From: Halalkalibacterium halodurans
GTDB taxonomy: Bacteria > Bacillota > Bacilli > Bacillales > Bacillaceae_D
Direction: 5' to 3'
DNA: 6,016 bases
NCBI RefSeq assembly: GCF_004376175.1
Contig: NZ_SNUY01000097.1
Coordinates: forward strand, 3,526 to 9,541
The stretch's first letter is position 1. Each line of letters opens with the position of its first letter. This document shows, one piece after another, positions 1 through 6,014 of this stretch. A program made the position numbers and the translations under genes. The notes below the pieces were generated by a model. That model searched no databases and was not told the origin of the DNA. It worked only from the letters and a program-made list of their open reading frames with translations.

Positions 1-1215
1 GTAATCCCGTCCAAATCCAATAAAAAGGACCAATCTCATGGACAAGATTACACGAAAAACTTCATTTGGACAATGGTTTTCACCAATAAATCTTCAATTA
101 TTTGAAGAACAGGTGAAAACGATGAAAGTAGATCGCTATACGAAAAAATTAACGACAGAGTCATTTCTAAAATTACTGCTTTTTGCGCAACTACATGAAG
201 TCGAAAGTCTCCATGCCCTAAGGGATTGTCTTTTCGATGACCAGCTCCAAAAAGGTGTCAACCTTGATTCGATCAGTATCTCTCGGCTATCACGTCGTTT
301 GAGTGGCATGAATCCAGATCTATTTCAAAGGCTTTTCCTGGATTTAGTCGCAAAAATCCAAGCCAAAACACACGACACCAAACTCATTATGCCGTTAAAA
401 TCATTGATTCAAGCACATTGCCACTCAATTTGACCAATCATAAGTGGGCACAGTTCCGCAAAACAAAAGCGGGTGTAAAGCTGCATTTGCGCCTTGTGTT
501 TATGGAAAAAGGAATTTCCTATCCTGAAAAGGCTGTGTTAACAACAGCAAAGGAATATGATCGTGGTCAACTAGAAATCATGGTAGACGACAAGGAATGC
601 ATGTATGTGTTTGATCGTGGCTATTTAGACTACGAACGCTTTGATCGCATGACGGATGATGGTTACTTCTTTCTATCTAGACTCCGTAAAAACGCAGTCA
701 TACGAGCAGTTTATGATTTTAAACGATCCGAGAATTCGACGGTTCTGTCCGATCAAATGGTGTTGATTGGTACCACTCAAAACCGCACGGAGAACTACTT
801 TCGTCTACTAAGAGTGATGGATTCAAAAGGAAATGAACTTCAGTTACTGACAAATCGTTTCGATTTGAGTGCCGAAGACATTTCAGAGATGTATAAATCC
901 CGCTGGGCCATTGAGTTGTTTTTCAAATGAATGAAGCAACATCTCAATATCAAAAAGTTCTACGGTCAAAGTGAATGGGCGATTCAAAATCAAGTGTTTA
1001 TCGCACTTATTGTTTTTTGCCTCCATGTTCTCGTTCAAATCGAAACGAATAGTAGGCGAAAAACGCTACAGATTAGTCGTTATTTAAGGGCGGCTTTATG
1101 GAAACCAGCACACATTTGGCTACGAAAAATTGAAGGAAAAGTAGTACCGTAATAAACGAATTGTCGTTGTCACAACTGTCTAATTGTAAATTGTTTTCCA
1201 AATGGATGGGGCCAC
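1..1215 (+). mobile_element. Degenerate IS4-family insertion sequence. The left end is probably at or beyond the window start, and the right end is approximate.
   Basis: Carries the disrupted IS4-type transposase frames (38-1152). An SD-like AAAGGA at 24-29 lies 8 nt before the ATG at 38. Only 37 nt precede the ATG, so the left terminal repeat is likely cut off by the window edge. The only candidate terminal inverted match I can see is CCCGTCCA (6-13) versus TGGATGGG (1203-1210), 7/8 as a reverse complement. That is weak, so the boundaries are uncertain. Confidence 0.55.
38..1152 (+). pseudogene. IS4-family DDE transposase, disrupted by a -1 frameshift at the A-run 397-400 and an in-frame TGA at 928-930
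   Basis: Three consecutive ORFs (38-433, 418-930, 931-1152) read as one transposase. ORF1 ends ...KLIMPLK. The -1 frame then continues from 397 as K-IIDSSTLPLNLTNHKWAQFRKTKAGVKLH, where the IDSST-type motif carries the first catalytic Asp. The second Asp lies in YVFDRGYLDYERF. ORF2 and ORF3 share a frame and are separated only by the TGA. That TGA sits inside the IS4 Y-(2)-R-(3)-E-(6)-K signature: Y-KS-R-WAI-E-LFFK*M-K. As I recall, related transposases read ELFFKW(I/M)KQ here, so a Trp codon is expected. Confidence 0.8.
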
Positions 1216-1373
1216 CTTTGTTTAGGTATTTACCTTTTTGGCTCTGAACTAGAAAAAATATTAAACTGAAAATTCAGTCATTATTTATGCAACACTAGTG
1301 ACTCAATTTAATAAAATTATTTTTAAACTTTTGCTAGTCTCTAATTTACATAAGATTGAAATCCGAACTTTAA

Positions 1374-1403
1374 GAGGAGAGGTTGACATAGGAACCTCTC
1401 CTC
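1374..1403 (-). terminator. Rho-independent terminator of the cop operon. It could act in both directions, because the IS converges on it.
   Basis: A perfect 11-bp stem, GAGGAGAGGTT (1374-1384) pairing with AACCTCTCCTC (1393-1403), encloses an 8-nt loop. It lies 7 nt downstream of the lipoprotein stop codon (1410-1412). On the minus-strand RNA the stem is followed by UUAAAGUUCGGAUUU. On the plus strand it is followed by CAUUUAUUAAU. Confidence 0.6.
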
Positions 1404-1409
1404 CATTTA

Positions 1410-2732
1410 TTAATGTCCTCCGTGGTCATCTCCACCTAATGAGACAATTTCCAGTTTTTCATCTAATATACCTTGAGTTATAAATGGAATATCAGTAAAT
1501 GTACCAATTATAAAGCCATGGTTATATGGTCCTTCTGTTGGTTCTTCCTGAAATGCGGGTTTAACTTTGGCAAGATACTGATAAAGTTCATCTGTGATTT
1601 CACCTTCATCTAACAACATCATTGGAGCATGCTTTCCTAAATGAGCAAAAGGAGCAGCCGCAATGGCAAGTTCAGGTGTATTAGTTGATGAAAACACAAA
1701 ACCGTGCCCAGGACTAGTAATTCCCCAACCAAATCCTGTTTCAGCATCTTTATATGAGGCGAATTCAATGGATTGAGCTACTGGATTATCCCCTTCAATT
1801 CGGTGAACCGTTCCATACGTTTCTAACTCTTGAGCAATCTCATCAGATATAATATCTTCTGGTCCTACAAGATAGATCGTTACCCCATTCTCTCTTGCAT
1901 TAAGAGCATCAATTGTTTCTTGTGGAATCCCATCATTATCAACATAAAGTACAGATTCATTCATGTGAGCAATCCAATTTCCAACAGAAATTGTATATTC
2001 TTTTGCGTCTTCCTCTGAAGAACCAATTATTACATTTGGATGAACTTCATTAATGGTTTCTGTAAATTTTTCTTCAATGTTCCTAGCAAAATCTGCTACA
2101 TTTGCACCCTGTACTTGTTCAACATTGTAGGCGTTTAATTTATTTAATTCTGCTTCTGGAAGATCGCCAACCACGAGGACTTGAGTGTCTTCACTATTGC
2201 CTTTTGGTTGTAGTCGATTAAGTTCATTTAAGACATCTTCAGAAATTTCTCCGTCCCAATACAACATAGGACCATCATTAGGATGGTGAACCAGTGTTAG
2301 AGCGGCTAAGGAATATTGCCATTGATTTAATGGAGCCAATATAACTGTCCCAGGTTGATTTTCCTCATGGGTTGCTGGCCAAACAGTTTGAGATACTTGA
2401 ATGGATAATTGGATAGGATCATCCTCATTTATTCGAGTAATGTTCTTAGTATTTACGACCTTTAATTCATCAGTTGCTAAATTATTGAGGTTCTCCGGAG
2501 CTTTTGCCGCTTCCTGTTCTAAATTCAATCTATCTACGTTAACTGAGTCACCCTGGTGCCCTTCATGATCCATCTCTTCGTCCATATGATCCATTTCTTC
2601 GCTTTTTTCGATATCCTGATGCCCTGCATGATCTTCTTCGGCTTGGGTACAAGCGGCAAGGAGCATACTTAACAGTAAGAAGGAGACAACTAACATCAAC
2701 TTAGTAGCTTTTGATTTTTTCAATTTATCCAT
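1410..2732 (-). CDS. Acidic lipoprotein with a His/Met/Asp-rich N-terminal tether and three cell-wall-binding-repeat-2 (CWB2)-like modules; putative extracytoplasmic copper-handling accessory of CopA
   Basis: 440-aa ORF. The N-terminus MDKLKKSKATKLMLVVSFLLLSMLLAAC has a basic n-region, a hydrophobic core and a lipobox L-A-A-C (Cys28). The mature N-terminus is TQAEEDHAGHQDIEKSEEMDHMDEEMDHEGHQGD, and the C-terminus is GGDDHGGH. The body has three modules of about 105-115 aa sharing one pattern. Examples are VILAPLNQWQYSLAALTLVHHPNDGPMLY...VLVVG, VIIGSSEEDAKEYTISVGNWIAHMNESVLYV...IYLVG...VHRIEGDNPVAQSIEFA, and FVFSSTNTPELAIAAAPFAHLGKHAPMMLL...FIIG. These resemble the CW_binding_2 consensus (vvlasg-n-aDAL-aaplAa-l-aPiLL...ivGG...RiaG-dRyeT). 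An in-frame TAG 9 nt upstream fixes the ATG at 2732 as the earliest possible start. Confidence 0.85.
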   Translation of the reverse strand: MDKLKKSKATKLMLVVSFLLLSMLLAACTQAEEDHAGHQDIEKSEEMDHMDEEMDHEGHQGDSVNVDRLNLEQEAAKAPENLNNLATDELKVVNTKNITRINEDDPIQLSIQVSQTVWPATHEENQPGTVILAPLNQWQYSLAALTLVHHPNDGPMLYWDGEISEDVLNELNRLQPKGNSEDTQVLVVGDLPEAELNKLNAYNVEQVQGANVADFARNIEEKFTETINEVHPNVIIGSSEEDAKEYTISVGNWIAHMNESVLYVDNDGIPQETIDALNARENGVTIYLVGPEDIISDEIAQELETYGTVHRIEGDNPVAQSIEFASYKDAETGFGWGITSPGHGFVFSSTNTPELAIAAAPFAHLGKHAPMMLLDEGEITDELYQYLAKVKPAFQEEPTEGPYNHGFIIGTFTDIPFITQGILDEKLEIVSLGGDDHGGH

Positions 2733-2790
2733 TCCTTTCTAATAAATAACTCCATTTATCTCTCCTGCCTTTATCTTATCCAAATTAACT

Positions 2791-5253
2791 CTACTCAATC
2801 GTTGATTTGAATTTTTTAAGTCTTAAAGTGTTTAACACAACCGAAACAGAACTAAATGCCATTGCTGCTCCGGCTATCATAGGATTCAGCAGAATTCCAA
2901 ATTGGGGATATAGTAAACCCGCTGCTACTGGAATCAAGACAATGTTATAACCAAATGCCCACCCAAGGTTCTGCCAGATCATCTTCATCGTTGATTTAGA
3001 TAGTCTGAGGGCCGTTACAACGCTTTTAATATCACCACGCATCAAAGTGATATCTGCGGTTTCCATCGCAACATCCGTCCCCGTTCCAATGGCAATTCCT
3101 ACATCGGCTTGAGCGAGTGCAGGAGCATCATTGATACCATCACCGACCATAGCCACCATTTTTCCTTCTCCTTGTAGTTTTTTTACTTCTTCTGCCTTAT
3201 GTTCAGGTAACACCTCAGCAATATAGTTATCGATTCCGGCTTCCATTGCAATCGCTTTGGCCGTTCGTTTATGATCGCCTGTTAACATAATCACTTCAAT
3301 ACCCATCGATTTTAAGGCTTTGATTGCTGGGATGGTTCCTTTTTTCAATGTATCAGCTACTGCTATGATCCCTGCAAATTCCCCGTCAATCCCAACATAC
3401 ATGGGTGTTTTCCCTTGATCAGCTAATGTAATTGCTTTTTCTTCGTATAACCCCAAATCAATATTGTATTTACTCATCAGTTTGATGTTGCCAATTAAGA
3501 CTTCTTTGTTATTTAATGTGGCAAGTAATCCGTGACCAACAATCGCTTCGAAAGATTCAGGGTCATTTATAGGAAGGTCTTTTTCTTTGGCAGCTTCCAC
3601 AATGGCTTCACCTAATGGATGCTCTGATGCAGTTTCAACTGATGCAGCTACTTGCAATAGTTCCTGTTCACTTACTATATCAGTTGTAATGATATCTGTT
3701 AGTTTTGGCTTGCCTTCCGTTATGGTACCGGTCTTATCTAAAACAACAGTCTTAATTTTATGGGCACGTTCTAAACTTGTAGCATTTTTAATTAGGATGC
3801 CATTTTCAGCTCCTTTTTCTGTACCAACCATGATTGCTGTTGGTGTTGCCAAACCTAACGCGCAAGGACAAGCAATAATAAGAATCGCAATAAAGGTAGT
3901 TAATGCGAAAATCAGACTTGGGTCCGGACCGACAAAATACCAAACAATAAATGAGACTACCGCTATTAGTAAGACTGCCGGTACAAAGTAAGCAGAAATT
4001 AAATCAACGACACGTTGAATGGGAGCTTTCGAACCTTGAGCTTCATTAACCATTCGAATAATTTGTGCGAGTGCCGTTTCTTTCCCTACTTTTGTTGCAC
4101 GAAAACGAAAACTTCCAGATTTGTTAATAGTCGCACCGATAACCTCATCTCCAGATACTTTTTCTACTGGGATAGACTCACCGGTTAACATGGATTCATC
4201 TATCGTAGATCTACCTTTCGTGACGACTCCATCAACAGGAATACGTTCACCTGGCCTTACAATGATCTCATCATCAATCTTTACTTCATCAACAGAAATT
4301 TCGAGTTCATTTCCATCTCTAATCACTCTGGCTGTTTTTGCTTGCAAACTCATTAATTTCTTAATTGCCGTAGAGGTTTGCCCTTTTGCTTTCGCTTCAA
4401 AGTAACGTCCTAAGAGGATAAGCGTCGTAATAACGGTTGTGACATCGTAATAAAGTTGGTACGGGAAGCCCATTGCCGTAAGCTGATCCGGAAATAACGT
4501 CATCGCACCACTATAAAGCCATGCAGCTGACGTACCCATTGCTACTAATACATTCATATCTGCTGAACCATTTCTTAATACCTTATAGCTATTTTTGTAA
4601 AATCTCCAACCAGGTACGAGTTGGATGTAACTTGTTAACACAAGTAAGAATAAAGGATTAGACAAAAATGTCGGTACCCATGCTCCCCAGCCATGCATCA
4701 TGTGAGGGATGCTACCAACTAACACAACGGTTGTTAAGACGGCTGCTACTGTAAAATCTTTTAAAAGCTTTCTCGTTTCTACCTCTTGCTCATCAGATTC
4801 TTCTCTCTGTTCATTTTCATTGATAATTGATGCTTCATATCCTATCTTTTCAATTCGTTTTATAACAGCTTCGGGATCTAATATTCCTTTTTCTCCTTCA
4901 ACCTGAGCTTGATTAGCAGCCAGGTTCACATTAACAGATTGCACACCTTCTACTTTTGCAATAGCCTTTTCCACACGGGTAACACATGATGCACATGTCA
5001 TTCCCTTTACAGAAAATAGAACCTTTCTTTGATCATCGTTATCAATGGGCTTAGCATCATATCCAGCCTTCTCAATAGCCTTTATAATTGCCTCAGACAT
5101 TTCTATGGTTTCATCCGCTTCAACTTGAGCTTGATTGGCTGCCAGGTTTACATTAACAGATCGAACACCCTCTACTTTTGAGATCATCTTTTCAACGCGA
5201 TTGACACAAGAGGCACATGTCATTCCTTTTACCGAAAATATCATCTTACTCAC
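2791..5253 (-). CDS. copA: Copper(I)-translocating P1B-1-type ATPase with two N-terminal heavy-metal-associated domains
   Basis: 820-aa ORF. It has two GMTCASC (CxxC) HMA domains, TGES (357-360), a CPC transmembrane motif ([11 protein letters not shown], 462-464) and the DKTGT phosphorylation site (506-510). It also has SEHPL, MLTGD and GDGINDAP, plus the Cu(I)-class TM signatures GYN-x4-P and M-x2-SS (MAFSSVSV). The start is taken as GTG at 5253. GGAGG at 5266-5262 leaves an 8-nt spacer to that GTG, whereas the first ATG (codon 4) would be too far from the SD. Confidence 0.95.
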   Translation of the reverse strand: MSKMIFSVKGMTCASCVNRVEKMISKVEGVRSVNVNLAANQAQVEADETIEMSEAIIKAIEKAGYDAKPIDNDDQRKVLFSVKGMTCASCVTRVEKAIAKVEGVQSVNVNLAANQAQVEGEKGILDPEAVIKRIEKIGYEASIINENEQREESDEQEVETRKLLKDFTVAAVLTTVVLVGSIPHMMHGWGAWVPTFLSNPLFLLVLTSYIQLVPGWRFYKNSYKVLRNGSADMNVLVAMGTSAAWLYSGAMTLFPDQLTAMGFPYQLYYDVTTVITTLILLGRYFEAKAKGQTSTAIKKLMSLQAKTARVIRDGNELEISVDEVKIDDEIIVRPGERIPVDGVVTKGRSTIDESMLTGESIPVEKVSGDEVIGATINKSGSFRFRATKVGKETALAQIIRMVNEAQGSKAPIQRVVDLISAYFVPAVLLIAVVSFIVWYFVGPDPSLIFALTTFIAILIIACPCALGLATPTAIMVGTEKGAENGILIKNATSLERAHKIKTVVLDKTGTITEGKPKLTDIITTDIVSEQELLQVAASVETASEHPLGEAIVEAAKEKDLPINDPESFEAIVGHGLLATLNNKEVLIGNIKLMSKYNIDLGLYEEKAITLADQGKTPMYVGIDGEFAGIIAVADTLKKGTIPAIKALKSMGIEVIMLTGDHKRTAKAIAMEAGIDNYIAEVLPEHKAEEVKKLQGEGKMVAMVGDGINDAPALAQADVGIAIGTGTDVAMETADITLMRGDIKSVVTALRLSKSTMKMIWQNLGWAFGYNIVLIPVAAGLLYPQFGILLNPMIAGAAMAFSSVSVVLNTLRLKKFKSTIE
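4897..5238 (-). repeat. Internal tandem duplication encoding the two HMA domains of CopA (222-nt period)
   Basis: Residues F6-E45 (nt 5119-5238) and F80-E119 (nt 4897-5016) match at 36/40 aa. By my hand alignment they match at about 99/120 nt. Most differences are synonymous third-position changes. The C-terminal halves of the two domains are much more diverged. Confidence 0.8.
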
Positions 5254-5311
5254 CTGATTCCCCTCCTTTACAATTCGAATAATACTGTTATTGTGATCAT
5301 ATTTCCCTTAT

Positions 5312-5320
5312 AGATTACCA
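5312..5320 (-). promoter_or_regulatory. Candidate extended -10 element (TGgTAATCT) of an internal promoter upstream of copA
   Basis: The minus strand reads TGGTAATCT (5320 down to 5312), a TGn plus TAATCT. There is no good -35 hexamer at 17 nt. Instead, the TGTGA-N6-TCACA palindrome ends 22 nt upstream. Confidence 0.35.
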
Positions 5321-5339
5321 AAAGAATGTAAAGAAAATA

Positions 5340-5355
5340 TGTGAGATACATCACA
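5340..5355. promoter_or_regulatory. Perfect TGTGA-N6-TCACA palindrome (Crp/Fnr-family or Rex-type binding-site core)
   Basis: TGTGA (5340-5344), GATACA, TCACA (5351-5355). It lies in the copZ-copA spacer, 87-102 nt upstream of the copA GTG. Its centre is at about -42.5 relative to a start site inferred from the extended -10. Confidence 0.45.
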
Positions 5356-5413
5356 GATTCTTCTTTGTTCTATAAGTATCTTCATTTAGATAAAGCTAAT
5401 GAAAATAGTGAAG

Positions 5414-5440
5414 AAGGTCGTACTAAAATCGTGCGACCTC
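5414..5440 (-). terminator. Hairpin just downstream of copZ; possibly a weak or partial intrinsic terminator or an RNA-stability element
   Basis: The minus-strand RNA reads GAGGUCGCAC-GAUUUUA-GUACGACCUUC. AGGUCG pairs with CGACCU, and two further pairs follow one A-C mismatch. The loop is 7 nt. The following sequence, CUUCACUAUUUUCAUU, is only an interrupted U-tract. The hairpin starts 26 nt after the copZ stop codon. Confidence 0.3.
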
Positions 5441-5465
5441 ACTTATATGATCCCATGCAACTACT

Positions 5466-5672
5466 TCATTCTACATCATATCCTTGTTCTTCAATCTCAT
5501 GAATAATTTGATCTAATGAAATAACACCAGAATCATAATTAAGGTTTACTTTCCCTTCAGACAGCATAACTTTTACTGAGTTGACACCATTTAACTTTCC
5601 TATATTGTTTTCTATTGTACTTATGCAATGCCCACATGACATTCCGTTCACTTTTAATGTTTTTTGTTCCAT
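5466..5672 (-). CDS. copZ: Copper chaperone CopZ (single HMA domain)
   Basis: 68-aa ORF with the MxCxxC motif GMSCGHC and beta-alpha-beta-beta-alpha-beta-type spacing. AGGAGG (5686-5681) lies 8 nt upstream of the ATG at 5672. The gene sits directly upstream of copA on the same strand, as in Bacillus copZA operons. Confidence 0.92.
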   Translation of the reverse strand: MEQKTLKVNGMSCGHCISTIENNIGKLNGVNSVKVMLSEGKVNLNYDSGVISLDQIIHEIEEQGYDVE

Positions 5673-5720
5673 TATTTTAACCTCCTAAAATGAATGATAT
5701 GATATTTTCTTTTCAAACTA

Positions 5721-5749
5721 AATTTACCATACCCCCCTACGGTAATCAA
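5721..5749 (-). promoter_or_regulatory. copZ promoter with an overlapping CsoR-type operator
   Basis: The minus strand reads TTGATT (-35, 5749-5744), the 17-nt spacer ACCGTAGGGGGGTATGG, then TAAATT (-10, 5726-5721). The spacer and flanks form TACCGTA-GGGGGG-TATGGTA (5744-5725), which is 7-nt inverted arms (6/7) around a G6 tract. From memory, this closely resembles the G-tract-centred pseudo-palindrome bound by CsoR at the B. subtilis copZA promoter (approximately TACCCTACGGGGGTATGGTA). Confidence 0.7.
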
Positions 5750-5776
5750 GTTAATTACTTCGTTGAAATTGAACAC

Positions 5777-5983
5777 TTATTGAACAGAAGGAGGGATCAA
5801 AAAAGTATGCATACTAACTTTAAGAATTTCAGAATATAAAAGGATAAAAAAAGAAGGAATGAAAATAATCATCCCTCCCTCAATAAAGTTCACTAGCGTT
5901 GCATTAAATAAAAAAAGATTTGTCAAGGTGTAATTAAATTCAATTTTATTGAATTTATGGTAAATACTAGTCTTCAACTTCAT
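5777..5983 (-). CDS. Hypothetical small hydrophobic protein (68 aa); possibly not a real gene
   Basis: This is an open frame of 68 codons in a very AT-rich stretch, where stop codons should be frequent. AAGGA (5994-5990) lies 6 nt upstream of the ATG at 5983. There are two hydrophobic segments (LTNLFLFNATLVNFI and GGMIIFIPSFFILLYS). I recognise no family, and the same DNA also carries plus-strand promoter- and SD-like signals. Confidence 0.25.
   Translation of the reverse strand: MKLKTSIYHKFNKIEFNYTLTNLFLFNATLVNFIEGGMIIFIPSFFILLYSEILKVSMHTFLIPPSVQ
5936..5956. promoter_or_regulatory. Perfect 9-bp inverted repeat with a 3-nt spacer (AAATTCAAT-TTT-ATTGAATTT); candidate operator
   Basis: Arms at 5936-5944 and 5948-5956 are exact reverse complements. 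The repeat lies about 40 nt upstream of a plus-strand TATAAT (5995-6000) and inside the putative minus-strand small ORF. An AT-only stem argues against a terminator. Confidence 0.25.
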
Positions 5984-6014
5984 AAAAAAATCCTTATAAT
6001 TAGATGACAGAAGG
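5973..6014 (+). promoter_or_regulatory. Possible plus-strand promoter and SD for a gene beginning just beyond the window end
   Basis: A consensus -10 TATAAT lies at 5995-6000. A weak -35 TTCAAC lies at 5973-5978, with a 16-nt spacer. AGAAGG at 6009-6014 is SD-like, at the very edge of the window. No start codon is visible within the window. Confidence 0.25.

Noticed and set aside
38-1152. Reading the IS as a functional two-ORF (orfA/orfB) transposase with programmed frameshifting, as in the IS3 and IS1 families
   Set aside because: The domain order and YREK motif are IS4-type, and IS4-family transposases are normally a single ORF. The slip site is not a canonical heptamer, and a separate in-frame TGA also interrupts the catalytic domain. 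Pseudogenisation is the simpler explanation. The recoding idea is kept only as a low-interest finding.
6-1240. Terminal inverted repeats of the IS
   Set aside because: Two alignments were tried. CCCGTCCA (6-13) against the reverse complement of 1203-1210 matches 7/8, then decays to about half identity. AAAAAGG (22-28) against CCTTTTT (1233-1239) matches only 7 nt. Neither is convincing, and TCCAAAT even occurs as a direct repeat (10-16 and 1197-1203). The true left end is probably outside the window.
1265-1300. Short palindromes ACTGAA-AA-TTCAGT (1265-1278) and CACTAGTG (1293-1300) between the IS and the terminator
   Set aside because: They are short and lie in AT-rich non-coding DNA. They are not positioned relative to any promoter or gene start, so they are compatible with chance.
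1298-1483. Plus-strand 61-aa ORF with a GTG start
   Set aside because: It has no SD. It runs straight through the terminator hairpin (1374-1403) and into the 3' end of the lipoprotein gene on the opposite strand, so it is almost certainly spurious.
1830-2018. Plus-strand 62-aa ORF inside the lipoprotein gene
   Set aside because: It is antisense to a well-supported CDS, has no SD and has an Ile/Asn/Phe-rich composition. It is a shadow ORF.
3587-4906. Plus-strand ORFs 3587-3991, 4121-4405 and 4709-4906 inside copA
   Set aside because: They are antisense to a motif-complete P-type ATPase gene. Their products are low-complexity Ser/Thr/Val-rich sequences with no SD and no recognisable motifs. 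They are typical shadow ORFs of a strongly coding opposite strand.
4897-5238. The near-identical first halves of the two CopA HMA domains as evidence of very recent duplication or gene conversion
   Set aside because: The protein identity is 36/40, but about 21 of 120 nt differ, mostly at synonymous third positions. The similarity therefore reflects purifying selection on an old duplication rather than recent DNA homogenisation.
5254-5760. A CopY-type cop box (TACAnnTGTA) or a cre (CcpA) site in the cop regulatory regions
   Set aside because: I found no TACAnnTGTA motif upstream of either copZ or copA. The 5340-5355 palindrome lacks the central CG of the cre consensus.
5807-5933. Plus-strand mini-ORFs MHTNFKNFRI (5807-5839) and MKIIIPPSIKFTSVALNKKRFVKV (5859-5933)
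   Set aside because: They are too short to support as genes from sequence alone. The second has its SD abutting the ATG. They are mentioned only as context in the AT-rich-region finding.
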